Shown here piece after piece: positions 29,807 to 39,389 of a stretch of DNA of 64,000 nucleotides; positions within the stretch are counted from its first letter, which is position 1, and each line of letters starts with the position of its first letter. Location: contig PMDZ01000008.1 in assembly GCA_003155695.1 (NCBI GenBank), positions 39,362 through 103,361 of the forward strand. Direction: 5' to 3'. The stretch comes from Candidatus Nomurabacteria bacterium. GTDB taxonomy: Bacteria > Patescibacteriota > Minisyncoccia > Phycocordibacterales > UBA9973. Under the pieces are notes generated by a model. It saw only the letters and a list, made by a program, of their open reading frames with translations. It was not told where the DNA came from and did not search any database. A program made the position numbers and the translations under genes.

Positions 29807-30169
29807 GGAGTATTTATATCACTTACAGGTTAAATAAGCAATACAATTATTAAATTTATATTAAATACGAAACATCGTCAAGTGTGTACTTTCAGCAAAC
29901 ATCTGTTGAAATCTAATATTATTATTAAATTAATGTTAAATATTTGTTATAGAACATGATTGAGAAATAAATATAGATATTGCAAAAAATATTTTTTGTG
30001 TCATAAATTCATCATAAATTATACATATTTTAACTAAATCCCCATATACGTACTGGCAGTTTGGATAATATTAATCTAACATTAAATTTACATTAAGTTA
30101 TGCACTTAATGCACAGGTTTATTGGCTTAATTTGCATTGACTCTTAAATAACAAAGAATACTATGTTAA

Positions 30170-30742
30170 GTGTACGTTAAGTTTATGAGTACACAATTTA
30201 AAACAATTGCAAAAATATCATCGGCAATCATTTTTTCTTTGATAATGTTTTCCAGTGCTTTTGCATCCGTAGAAAACAACGCGGTTGATGAGAATGGCAG
30301 TATGTACAAATATAACGCTGTTGAAAACACAAATTCTTTTCCGAATTTTCCAAGTAATGCAAATATTTCCGATTCTCAATTATCTGTCAATGCCGACATT
30401 CCTCAAGTCAGTTTTAATGAAAAACTGCAAAAGATTATCGACGAATATAATTTTTCAAAATCACAGATAGATAAAGATATGATTGAAATAAATAAAAAGG
30501 GAGGAATGGCAACTTTTCTTGTCGGTAATAATTTAGGGGTGATTAAATTTCAAATAGTTCAAATAAATGACCAAATTTCAAGTCTAAATGCACTTGGGAT
30601 TGAAACGGATTTCGTTGCGGAAAAAGACAAAATAGGCCAGCAATTGAAACTCATATCAGAAGAGAAGAAAAAAGTCGATGATTTTATTTTCTTCAACGAA
30701 AATAAATTTAGTTTGTTTGGTTGGTTAGTAGAATCATTTTAA
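30170..30742 (+). CDS. hypothetical secreted protein
   Basis: Signal-peptide-like AIIFSLIMFSSAFA. No known family. 190 aa. Confidence 0.4.
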   Translation: MYVKFMSTQFKTIAKISSAIIFSLIMFSSAFASVENNAVDENGSMYKYNAVENTNSFPNFPSNANISDSQLSVNADIPQVSFNEKLQKIIDEYNFSKSQIDKDMIEINKKGGMATFLVGNNLGVIKFQIVQINDQISSLNALGIETDFVAEKDKIGQQLKLISEEKKKVDDFIFFNENKFSLFGWLVESF

Positions 30743-30778
30743 TATTAAATTTAACACAAAAAAATAACATAAATAAAT

Positions 30779-30910
30779 ATGGAAAAAGAAATTAATAAAA
30801 ATTTAATGAAAACTCTTAAACCACCTATTGATAATAATTTAAAAGAAAAGTCTGAAATAGTTGTCAAAGGATTAGCGAAAAAGATTAAAGAGCTTAGAAA
30901 AAAATCGTAA
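30779..30910 (+). CDS. possible small Lys-rich protein (43 aa)
   Basis: Short ORF in the gap before the GlsB gene. Weak evidence only. Confidence 0.15.
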   Translation: MEKEINKNLMKTLKPPIDNNLKEKSEIVVKGLAKKIKELRKKS

Positions 30911-30917
30911 ATATTAT

Positions 30918-31199
30918 ATGGGATTATTGCTTTCAATAATTATTGGTGGAATAGTTGGCTGGATAGCTTCAGTTGCAATAAAAACAGATTCACAACAAAG
31001 CATTGTATTTTATATTTTAGTTGGAATTGTCGGCTCGGTTGTCTTGGGCTGGATTATGAGCATTATTGGTAAAAGTAGTTGGGCTGGTTTCAACTTTTAC
31101 AATTTTGTGATTGCTCTTATCGGAGCTATCGTACTCATCACTATCGCCAAGCGTCGTGGCGGGTATGATAACTTTAAAACGAAGTTTAAATTTAAATAG
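30918..31199 (+). CDS. GlsB/YeaQ/YmgE-family (transglycosylase-associated) small membrane protein
   Basis: GGIVGWIAS..G..G...LG.I.S.IG repeat pattern with 3 TM helices. 93 aa. Confidence 0.7.
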   Translation: MGLLLSIIIGGIVGWIASVAIKTDSQQSIVFYILVGIVGSVVLGWIMSIIGKSSWAGFNFYNFVIALIGAIVLITIAKRRGGYDNFKTKFKFK

Positions 31200-31305
31200 T
31201 AGGTCGACATTATTAGATTATTGATAAAATCAAATCATCCAGAGTGAGGAATGGATTGTTTGTGATTAAAAATTTAAAACCTCACGAATTAATAATAAAA
31301 AAAAT

Positions 31306-32070
31306 ATGAAAAAAATATTTAAAAGTTCAATAGTCTGGAAAGCAATGATAGCTATTGTTCTTGCATTCGGTCTCATCGGACCGCTCACCATATTTGCCGC
31401 CGGTCCGCCGGCAGTCGGTCTGGGAACAGCCGGCAACTTTGTCATTCTCTCGAAAGCGGGAATCTCAACTACCGGGGCCACCAGAATTACCGGAAATATC
31501 GGGGTCAGTCCGATAGCTTCGACAGCCATAACGGGATTCGGGCTGATAAAAGACAGGTCAGGCACATTTTCAAGGTCAGTTCGTGTAATCGGGAAGGTAT
31601 ATGCTGCAAATTATACAGCGCCAACTCCCAGCATACTGACCACAGCAGTAAATAATATGCAAACCGCATATACCGATGCTGCCGGAAGAGCACCGACCTC
31701 GGCTGCAACCACGAACTTGGGAGCAGGAAGTATTGGAGGATTAACACTTAAACCTGGTGTTTATAAATGGACAACAGGTGTGACCATACCGACTGATGTA
31801 ACCCTTTCGGGCAGTTCCAGAGATACTTGGATATTCCAAATAGCCGGAACACTAAATATCAGTTCTGGTAAGCACATAATTCTAAAGGGTGGGGCACTAG
31901 CCAAAAATATTTTCTGGCAAGTTGCCGGAGCAACAACGCTCGGAACTTATTCCACCTTCAACGGAACTATCTTGGATAAAACAAATATTGCAATCCAAAC
32001 AGGCGCAGTATTGAATGGTAAAGCCTTAGCACAGACCGCTGTAACATTACAGGCAAATGCTATTAAATAA
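31306..32070 (+). CDS. secreted DUF3494 (ice-binding-like beta-helix) family protein
   Basis: LGTAGNFVILSKAGISTTGATRITGNIGVSP..ITGF, ..LTLKPGVYKW.., and NIFWQVAGATTLGTYSTFNGTIL match the IBP/DUF3494 family consensus along the full length. Confidence 0.7.
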   Translation: MKKIFKSSIVWKAMIAIVLAFGLIGPLTIFAAGPPAVGLGTAGNFVILSKAGISTTGATRITGNIGVSPIASTAITGFGLIKDRSGTFSRSVRVIGKVYAANYTAPTPSILTTAVNNMQTAYTDAAGRAPTSAATTNLGAGSIGGLTLKPGVYKWTTGVTIPTDVTLSGSSRDTWIFQIAGTLNISSGKHIILKGGALAKNIFWQVAGATTLGTYSTFNGTILDKTNIAIQTGAVLNGKALAQTAVTLQANAIK

Positions 32071-32176
32071 ATAGCTATAACTTAATAACCGACCAAACAC
32101 AAACCCCCTATGCTCGCCAAAAAATTTAATTACTAAATTGTGGTACAGAGCAGGGGATTTTTGTTTGTCTCCAGAC

Positions 32177-32199
32177 TGCGGAAGGCAAGGCCTTCCGCA
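32177..32199. repeat. 23-bp perfect palindrome TGCGGAAGGCAAGGCCTTCCGCA (identical copy at 22037-22059)
   Basis: Exact match at two loci. This copy is intergenic, next to the 42-bp terminator palindrome. Confidence 0.7.
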
Positions 32200-32240
32200 T
32201 TGAAACAAAAAATCCCCTGAAGGGGATTTTTTGTTTCAAT
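32199..32240. terminator. bidirectional terminator, perfect 42-bp palindrome ATTGAAACAAAAAATCCCC-TGAA-GGGGATTTTTTGTTTCAAT
   Basis: Lies between the convergent DUF3494 gene and the pilin gene. Confidence 0.7.
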
Positions 32241-32254
32241 AACTAAAATTTTAT

Positions 32255-32806
32255 TTATCGAGTGACACAGATTTTTGCTGCACCTGGAACAGCTGTTTCA
32301 TCAGCTGCTTTATTTGCACACACTGTAATCCTTCCTGTTGGATCGACACCAACATCATAACCAATGTATGGCGCATCTGCAGGAAGAATAGCTGGGTCTA
32401 TTGGTAATGTTGCAACATATGTTGGAACTAAACATCCAAGGTCACCTGATTCTGCTGTTGTAACTGAAGTACGAGCAGTAGAGTTTATCTTTTCGGTTGC
32501 TACACCAACAGCTGCTGAAGGAAGTGGATTGCAGAAATAATCAGTTCCTCCAACTCCTGCAACTGCACCTATATTATACTTACCAGCAAATATTCCTTTA
32601 TTATCTGCAATACGTTGACCGATAGCATTTAAGATCGTATTAACAGCAGCCTGACGCTGTGTATTTCGAGCTTGAGCGAATTGCTTAGCAGGATTGATTG
32701 CAATGATAACGATGGCTGCTAAAATGGCAATAATACCGATAACGACCAAGATTTCAATAAGAGTAAAACCCTTATTTTGCAAACTTTTTAAACTTAATTT
32801 CTTCAT
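32255..32806 (-). CDS. pilA: type IV major pilin (PilA-like)
   Basis: Prepilin class III signal: KGFTLIEILVVIGIIAILAAIV.. with the G|FTLIE cleavage/methylation motif. 183 aa, last gene of the pilus operon. Confidence 0.8.
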   Translation of the reverse strand: MKKLSLKSLQNKGFTLIEILVVIGIIAILAAIVIIAINPAKQFAQARNTQRQAAVNTILNAIGQRIADNKGIFAGKYNIGAVAGVGGTDYFCNPLPSAAVGVATEKINSTARTSVTTAESGDLGCLVPTYVATLPIDPAILPADAPYIGYDVGVDPTGRITVCANKAADETAVPGAAKICVTR

Positions 32807-32877
32807 AAAAAATTCTTTTTAATCTAATAATAATATCGACCATACTATAACTTATTCCGTATCTGTCAAGTGGAAAA

Positions 32878-35800
32878 CTAATTTGCCGTTGGCACCTCAT
32901 GCCAGGAATTCGGGTCAAAATTGAGGTCAGGTGGCGGAGGTGGCGGAGGAATATCGTCGTTGTTTAAAATGCAAACACGTGTTTCTCCTGCTACAATATT
33001 GCCCAGCGAACCAGAAGATGAACAAGTTGCCCCAGGGGTAAATATATAACCGCTCATGCTGTTTTCAGTGACATTATATGCTCCTGGGTCTACGGTAACA
33101 GAAGTACCTGCGCTACTTCCGGCAAATGAAGTTTGCGACGGACTATCTCCGGTTACTTTTACGGTGAAATTTGATTCTGTTTTACTGCCTCCATTATTGT
33201 TATTGACTTTCGTCATTATCATGAGTGTCCCTTTTGTAGGTGGGTCAGGTGGTGTGACAATTTGATTCGAAGGACAAACTCTTTTACCAATATCGGTAAA
33301 AATACCAGCCATATCTGCCGAGGTAGGTGAGATATAGAAATTGTCTCCGTCGGTATTTTCCGTTGCAGTGTCAATAGTTGTTGTAGAATAATAAACTCTG
33401 GCTTGTAACCAATCCAAATTAGTGACAGCATTGCTGTTACATCCAATACCCGGATCAATATCTTGCACACGAACGCGGAAGTTGCTGTTGGAAAAATCTC
33501 CTGGGGCCCAAGTTCGATACCAATTATCAGTCGAACCACCGAAACTAGGTAATTGAGTAAGTGTACTAGTTAAAGTTTGAGTTTTCTGTGGGCTTACCCA
33601 ATGACTACCGCCATCGTAAGATAAGTCCACGCCTAACTGGCAGGTAGTGCTCAGTGTTGTCGGAGTACTGTAACTTACCGTCAAATACATTTGCGTCACT
33701 CTCGGAACAGATGTGCCGTTGCTGGTTTTTTGGACGCCAAACTTGGTCGTCCAGTTGTTGACTTCGGAAACAGTCCAAGCCGAACCAGTCAAAGGATTGA
33801 TAGTCATAGGGCCGTTGTTGTATTGATAGGTAGCGTAACTGGTAGATAAACTATGGCCATTGTCATTGGTCTGATTGCTGCCATTTTCCGTTATTAACTG
33901 CATGGTGGCACTGCTGCCGTTATAACTTTTGGCTACGACGTTCAAAGTCACGGAGTTGACAGTGGCATTAGATGGAACGCCCGCTCCGGCAAAAGCAAAA
34001 GTTTGTTTGTCGGCTTCATCTATGTAGGTAGTATCTCCGTCATTGCCGTTGACCGCATTAACTGCACTGCCGGTATTGGCTAGCCAGTAATTGTATGAGC
34101 CGGGGGCAGTGGGAGTGAGGTTGGAAGGGACTCCAGGAATTGCATAAAAAACATTAACCGGTATCCAATCAAGGGAAATAGTGCGAGAGCTGGATGATGA
34201 ATTAGCAGTAATCCTAACTCTGAAATTAGTGCTGCTTATATCAGAGATTGACCAGGTATGTCCCCAGTTATCAGTAGAACCACCAAGTGTTTTATTATTG
34301 GTATCGTTGGTACTTTCTGTCGACTCATTTTTTTTCGAAGTCCAAGTTGTACCACCATTCCATGAAAGTTCTACATCCACACTATTTGTCCCAGATGTAC
34401 TATCAAGCCACCAATCGGGTCGCACCTGGATTCCTGTTATAGACGCACCTGCAGGAAGCGATGGCATAGTGTATGTAAAACGATTACGATAATTATTTTT
34501 CGCAGTCGCAGCAGAAGAACCACCATCTGAATAAGCATTAGTTGGATTATTAAAACCAGTACCGTCTGCTGATTGTCCAGAAGGCGAAATATAACCAGTG
34601 CTGCCTGATGTGCTATAACTCACAACCAACCACATTTGCGTCACTCGAGGAATCGAAGCGCCATTGTTGGTCTTTTGAACACCAAATTTAGTCGTCCAAT
34701 TGTTGACTTCCGAAACAGTCCATGCCGAACCGGTTATAGGATTTGTGTTCATTGTCCAGCTATAGGGACTGTAGCTTGCAGTCAAACTATGACCGCTATC
34801 ATTAACCGGTGTGCCACCGTTTTCCGCAATTAATCTCATGGTGGCAGTGGTTCCATTAAAACTTTCTGCCACCGCATTAAGAGTCACAGAGTTGATAGTA
34901 ACACCAGCAGGTACGTTTGCTCCCTGAAAAGCAAAAGTTTGATTGTCTGCTTCATCTATATAGGTAGTATCATTATCACTGCTGCTGATTGCATTAACTG
35001 CACTACCGGTATTGGCTGACCAATAATTGTAAGAGCCGAGGGCAGCCGGGGCGAGATTGGGAGTGTTTGTAACAAGAGGACTATCGGTCACCGAAGCCAC
35101 TGCTTTAGCTTCTATTCCATTTATAATAGACCCGGAAGGAATTGTCGGGATATTAAAATTATAATATCTTTGCATGTGGTTTCCCGTATCTGTAGCTGAA
35201 CTACCGCCACTTCCGTAGGCACTTGTCGGAGAAGACCAACCGGTACCACTATCAACACTATTACTTGAGGGTGATAAAAATCCAGTATCATTAGGAGTTG
35301 TAATATAATTTACAGCGGAATTGGTTGCAAGCGACGCAAGAAAAGTCAGCCCGGAAGTATCACCAAAATGAATGGTGTAGATTTGCGTCGGAATGTTATC
35401 CGGTGCCTTGCCCGCACCAGTAGCAGATTTTGCGGCAGTCGCAGCGCTAGTAGCGGCATCAAGAGCGGTTTGATTTACAGCATAACCATCAGCTAATTTT
35501 CCTCCCGGTTCATTTGCTCCTCCATCCGAAACCAGAATCAATACCTTAGCTTTTCCGGCTATATGGTATGAGGTATTATTTAACTCCGCGTCGGCTTTCG
35601 AAATTACTGCACTGAGATTTGTAAATGCGTACTGTATGGGTATACCCAAAAAGAAAGTAGTGACATTTTGTAAAGCATTTCCAATAGTTGTCGGTAAATT
35701 ATTGTAGTTGCTACTCAAATGGGAAACAATTTCCGCACTCGTATTATTGGCATCTGACTGCGTTAACCATAGCTTGGCCACATCGGCAAAATGTCCAACA

Positions 35801-36906
35801 CTGATTTGTGGATGAGGAGTAAGAACACTGTAAAGTGTAACTAGTGAATTTGCAGCTGCTGCTTCATCATTGATCCAATCTGTTCTATACGTGGATTGAT
35901 TCATTGGATCAGTGTAAAACATACTACTGGTGCGGTCCAGCATCATCACAGTATCGGCACAGGTTGGTGCCGGAGGAACCAGATCATCAAAATTTATGAT
36001 ACAAGTTTTATTTTGCCCGAGAGTCATGGTAATATTTCCACTGGAATTACAGTCATAACCCCATGATGATGCACCGTAACCTGAAAGAGTTGTCGCCGAA
36101 ACCGTGTGGCCTCCGGCAGTGACAGTTTTTGGTTGGCCGAGTGTTACTGAAACTCCGTCAATAAAAAGAGGAAAATCGCTTGGAAGTTTATTCCCGCTAT
36201 CATTATTTGTTACATTGGCTAAGACGGTAAGAGTCGTAGTTATATCATCATAAGTAATCGTGCAAAATTTAATTTCGCCGGCAATAACATTCCCCGAACA
36301 ATTACTGCCGATATTCATTGAGTAATTCGAGAGCGTACTGCCATTAACGCTGAATGGGCCGGGTTGAACCGATACAATCACTCCGGATTCTGAACCATCG
36401 AAAGGATCAACCGGATTGACAGCGCTGACGTTCATCGTAAATTCATTCGCTTGTTTTGTTCCACTACTATCATTTATCACATGTGTCGTCACAAAAAGAG
36501 TACCGGTTGTTGGCGCTGTCGGTATAGAAGTTAAATGAAGGTCATGTATCGCCATTGCCATATCAAGATTGGCATAGGAATTTCGAACGACTGCTTGTGT
36601 TTTAACAGTCACAAGTCCTGGAGGGAAATTGACCAGAATCGGGAATATATGACATGAACCTTCATCTTTTGTTATTGTTACATCACCAACATAAGTCGGG
36701 TCAGTGAGCAGGGTAGCCAGTGCTTGTTCGGCGCACCCTTCAGCCAAGTCATTTGCTTGTTCTTTGGCTTCGGTTCCAAGGACATTAAAACGTGAGGACC
36801 AACCGGAAGAACTGGCTTTTACCGCCATAACCAAAAGGATTAGCGAAATTATAATGGTTGCCATCAAAGCTATATATCCTCCTTGTTTTTTATTATTGTG
36901 GTTCAT
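32878..36906 (-). CDS. giant (1342 aa) pilus-associated adhesin: PilX-N-like membrane anchor, VWA domain, repeated beta-rich modules, poly-Pro C-terminus
   Basis: The N-terminus MNHNNKKQGGYIALMATIIISLILLVMAVKASSSGWSSRF fits the PilX_N pattern. The VWA MIDAS motif is MLDRTSSMF.. with VSDGGANEPG. Two ~150-aa internal repeats are present (..GSYNYW.ANTGSAVNA.. TGSAWTVSEVNNWTTKFGVQKT..). Ends with PPPPPPP. Confidence 0.65.
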   Translation of the reverse strand: MNHNNKKQGGYIALMATIIISLILLVMAVKASSSGWSSRFNVLGTEAKEQANDLAEGCAEQALATLLTDPTYVGDVTITKDEGSCHIFPILVNFPPGLVTVKTQAVVRNSYANLDMAMAIHDLHLTSIPTAPTTGTLFVTTHVINDSSGTKQANEFTMNVSAVNPVDPFDGSESGVIVSVQPGPFSVNGSTLSNYSMNIGSNCSGNVIAGEIKFCTITYDDITTTLTVLANVTNNDSGNKLPSDFPLFIDGVSVTLGQPKTVTAGGHTVSATTLSGYGASSWGYDCNSSGNITMTLGQNKTCIINFDDLVPPAPTCADTVMMLDRTSSMFYTDPMNQSTYRTDWINDEAAAANSLVTLYSVLTPHPQISVGHFADVAKLWLTQSDANNTSAEIVSHLSSNYNNLPTTIGNALQNVTTFFLGIPIQYAFTNLSAVISKADAELNNTSYHIAGKAKVLILVSDGGANEPGGKLADGYAVNQTALDAATSAATAAKSATGAGKAPDNIPTQIYTIHFGDTSGLTFLASLATNSAVNYITTPNDTGFLSPSSNSVDSGTGWSSPTSAYGSGGSSATDTGNHMQRYYNFNIPTIPSGSIINGIEAKAVASVTDSPLVTNTPNLAPAALGSYNYWSANTGSAVNAISSSDNDTTYIDEADNQTFAFQGANVPAGVTINSVTLNAVAESFNGTTATMRLIAENGGTPVNDSGHSLTASYSPYSWTMNTNPITGSAWTVSEVNNWTTKFGVQKTNNGASIPRVTQMWLVVSYSTSGSTGYISPSGQSADGTGFNNPTNAYSDGGSSAATAKNNYRNRFTYTMPSLPAGASITGIQVRPDWWLDSTSGTNSVDVELSWNGGTTWTSKKNESTESTNDTNNKTLGGSTDNWGHTWSISDISSTNFRVRITANSSSSSRTISLDWIPVNVFYAIPGVPSNLTPTAPGSYNYWLANTGSAVNAVNGNDGDTTYIDEADKQTFAFAGAGVPSNATVNSVTLNVVAKSYNGSSATMQLITENGSNQTNDNGHSLSTSYATYQYNNGPMTINPLTGSAWTVSEVNNWTTKFGVQKTSNGTSVPRVTQMYLTVSYSTPTTLSTTCQLGVDLSYDGGSHWVSPQKTQTLTSTLTQLPSFGGSTDNWYRTWAPGDFSNSNFRVRVQDIDPGIGCNSNAVTNLDWLQARVYYSTTTIDTATENTDGDNFYISPTSADMAGIFTDIGKRVCPSNQIVTPPDPPTKGTLMIMTKVNNNNGGSKTESNFTVKVTGDSPSQTSFAGSSAGTSVTVDPGAYNVTENSMSGYIFTPGATCSSSGSLGNIVAGETRVCILNNDDIPPPPPPPDLNFDPNSWHEVPTAN

Positions 36907-36907
36907 A

Positions 36908-37384
36908 TTATTCTCTTAAATAAGTTCTAAAATTAAATGGCTTATCTCCGATAAGAAAATTTACCGAAACAGATGGGGGCCTACCGTTTGCACTGGCTGT
37001 ATATGAAAATTTAACATTCGAAACTGGATATCTGTCACTATTTAACTGTATCGGTACACCAACGCCACGAGCAATAGTCATAATAGTGCCATTGCCACTT
37101 ATGACAAGGGGACTCTGTGCACCTAAGTCCGTTCTGGTTATGGTAACCGTATCACCACTTGCGGAGACGGTCGCATCGGATGCGCCGGTAAGAGCCCAGT
37201 TGATTTTACGATTAAGGAAAATTCCTTCTTCTTGTATTCCGGCGGCTGCAACATTATGATTACTTCCTTCAACAAGATTATATGTTCCAACTACAGCTCC
37301 GGTCATAAGTAAGCCGAAAAGAGCAATGTATATCATCGTTTCCATCAATGTAAATCCTTGTTGATTTTTTATCTTTTTTATCAT
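36908..37384 (-). CDS. minor pilin / pseudopilin
   Basis: QGFTLMETMIYIALFGLL prepilin N-terminus. 158 aa. Confidence 0.6.
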   Translation of the reverse strand: MIKKIKNQQGFTLMETMIYIALFGLLMTGAVVGTYNLVEGSNHNVAAAGIQEEGIFLNRKINWALTGASDATVSASGDTVTITRTDLGAQSPLVISGNGTIMTIARGVGVPIQLNSDRYPVSNVKFSYTASANGRPPSVSVNFLIGDKPFNFRTYLRE

Positions 37385-38946
37385 GGTGTGTATATTACTC
37401 CCAACTTATCGGTTGTTAAGTCTTGGCTAATGGCATAAATCCAATCTCCATCTATATCAAATCCAAGAGGGGCTAAGTGGGGAAAACTATAACTTGTAAA
37501 ACGACCGACATTCAATGTTCCTGTCCAAGTAGAATAATCGGAATCCCAAACTTGAAATTCTTGTCCACTTTTGCTTGTTTCTATATATGCATATTTACCT
37601 GATACCTCAATATTTGTTATGCTGGCTCCGACTTCACCTTGTTCGGATTCAGGGGTTAAAGAACTTTCCGGGTTAGTAACATCAAATACATAAAGTTCTG
37701 GACCTCCGGTATTTGATTGACGCCCGAAATATAAATTATTACCCAAAAGAGAAAGACTAAGACCATCTTGACTACCAGGAAGGTCAACTGAATTAAGTTC
37801 CGTTATTGTATCTCCGGTCACATCTAAAATGCCGAGTTCTTTTAAGTCGGAATCAGCAGCAAGAAAAACTAATCTATGGGTAACACCGGAAATTTTTTGG
37901 TCGCGGACAATTATATCATTTACCGTACGGTCAAGTTTAAAACCATTTCCTATTTCGGTTGGAATGGTCGGCGTAGAAATATTGAAAATATGAAATTCGT
38001 TTCCCGAAGTATAGCGAGTTGTCATATATAAACGACCTCCATAAACAAACAAATGCCATCCTTGCGGAGATGAACCCAGAGGGTCAACATTTTGGAGGTC
38101 ACGTTGCGCAACAAGTGTTGGAGTACTTGGGTCTGTCACATCAATAACGGCAAGTTGTTTGGTTGTCGCATTTACGGCCACGAAAGCATAAGTTCTTCCG
38201 GTAGCCAAGTCTTCCTCAACGTCAACAGCATTTAATTTTACCGGAACCCCGAGAACTTTTACAATATCTGTCGGTGAACTAACCAGAACAGGATTTTGAC
38301 CTACCGCTTCCGGGATATCATATATGGAAAAATATGGACTTATATTACTTGTTGTATAAATCTTTTTATGAAGCACATCAATACCAGTAAATTGCTTCCC
38401 TGGAGCAAATGGTAATGACCCTATACTTTCCGGTGTATTATTCTCCCAATCGCCACTCGGTTGATTTAAAACACAATCACCCCCGCGGGCAATAATTTCC
38501 GGGGTATTCGTGAGGTAAGTGAAAAGTTTTGTTGTCGTTGTTGGATAACTGGCTACTTGCCATTCTACTTTGGCTTCCACATATTTTGAGCAAGAAGATA
38601 AATCAGTAATATTTTTTTGAACATAATAGCACAATCCGCCGGCTATACATGAAGCGTCAGCTGAGTCGGAAGGATCTTTTGACACAGTCAAAGGCGAAGA
38701 TACCGCTTGATAAAAATCTTGTTTTATAAGAGAACGTAAATCTTCAAGCGTAGTCTTTGCTTTATAAAGCGCTTCGTTGGCAGTTTGCGAGGTTATTCCC
38801 CAATATTGGGCCGAAAAATTCGCATTTACCGCTCCAACAAGAACAATACAAATAAGAGCAAAAGCAATCATCAGTTCAATTGTTGAAAATCCCGATGTTT
38901 GATAATTGTAAATTTTTTTATTTTTACCAACTAATTTTTCCTTCAT
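37381..38946 (-). CDS. large prepilin-like protein with LVIVD-repeat beta-propeller
   Basis: SGFSTIELMIAFAL prepilin signal. Repeated ..LAVIDVTDPS.., ..LYVFDVTNPES.., and ..LGILDVTGD.. segments are typical of LVIVD repeats. Confidence 0.55.
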   Translation of the reverse strand: MKEKLVGKNKKIYNYQTSGFSTIELMIAFALICIVLVGAVNANFSAQYWGITSQTANEALYKAKTTLEDLRSLIKQDFYQAVSSPLTVSKDPSDSADASCIAGGLCYYVQKNITDLSSCSKYVEAKVEWQVASYPTTTTKLFTYLTNTPEIIARGGDCVLNQPSGDWENNTPESIGSLPFAPGKQFTGIDVLHKKIYTTSNISPYFSIYDIPEAVGQNPVLVSSPTDIVKVLGVPVKLNAVDVEEDLATGRTYAFVAVNATTKQLAVIDVTDPSTPTLVAQRDLQNVDPLGSSPQGWHLFVYGGRLYMTTRYTSGNEFHIFNISTPTIPTEIGNGFKLDRTVNDIIVRDQKISGVTHRLVFLAADSDLKELGILDVTGDTITELNSVDLPGSQDGLSLSLLGNNLYFGRQSNTGGPELYVFDVTNPESSLTPESEQGEVGASITNIEVSGKYAYIETSKSGQEFQVWDSDYSTWTGTLNVGRFTSYSFPHLAPLGFDIDGDWIYAISQDLTTDKLGVIYTP

Positions 38947-39385
38947 GATTTATTGATATTACTGCTGTAATATTACGATTTGGGTCTATCATGGTTATAT
39001 CCGTATCCTCAGCATCGCCGCTTAATTGCTCGAAAGTAATTTCCGTCGGTGATGTTGGACTGAATGTCACTTCGTAGGAAGATTTCGTATCTTCATCTTT
39101 TGAGCTATCTCTCTCATCGTAAGAATTACCTTCAAAAATAACATATCCCTCATATCCCGCCGGATTGATAGCGACACCGTGTTGCTCTTGGTCTATATTA
39201 TTAAGAGCATCGGCTCGGGCAGTTTGGAGAGCAAGACCAAGATTATTTACTTCGGAACGGAAAGCATCTCCTCGGAAACTATTTATATCTATAAATAACG
39301 ACATCGTTGCGATTACACCGACAAGCCCGATGACAACCAGCATTTCCATTAACGTGAACCCTTTTTCTAATTCAACTTTTTTCAT
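38924..39385 (-). CDS. minor pilin / pseudopilin
   Basis: KGFTLMEMLVVIGLVGVIA prepilin N-terminus. The start is taken at the MKKVELEKGFTL ATG rather than the extended ORF. Confidence 0.6.
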   Translation of the reverse strand: MKKVELEKGFTLMEMLVVIGLVGVIATMSLFIDINSFRGDAFRSEVNNLGLALQTARADALNNIDQEQHGVAINPAGYEGYVIFEGNSYDERDSSKDEDTKSSYEVTFSPTSPTEITFEQLSGDAEDTDITMIDPNRNITAVISINHEGKISW

Positions 39386-39389
39386 CTTT

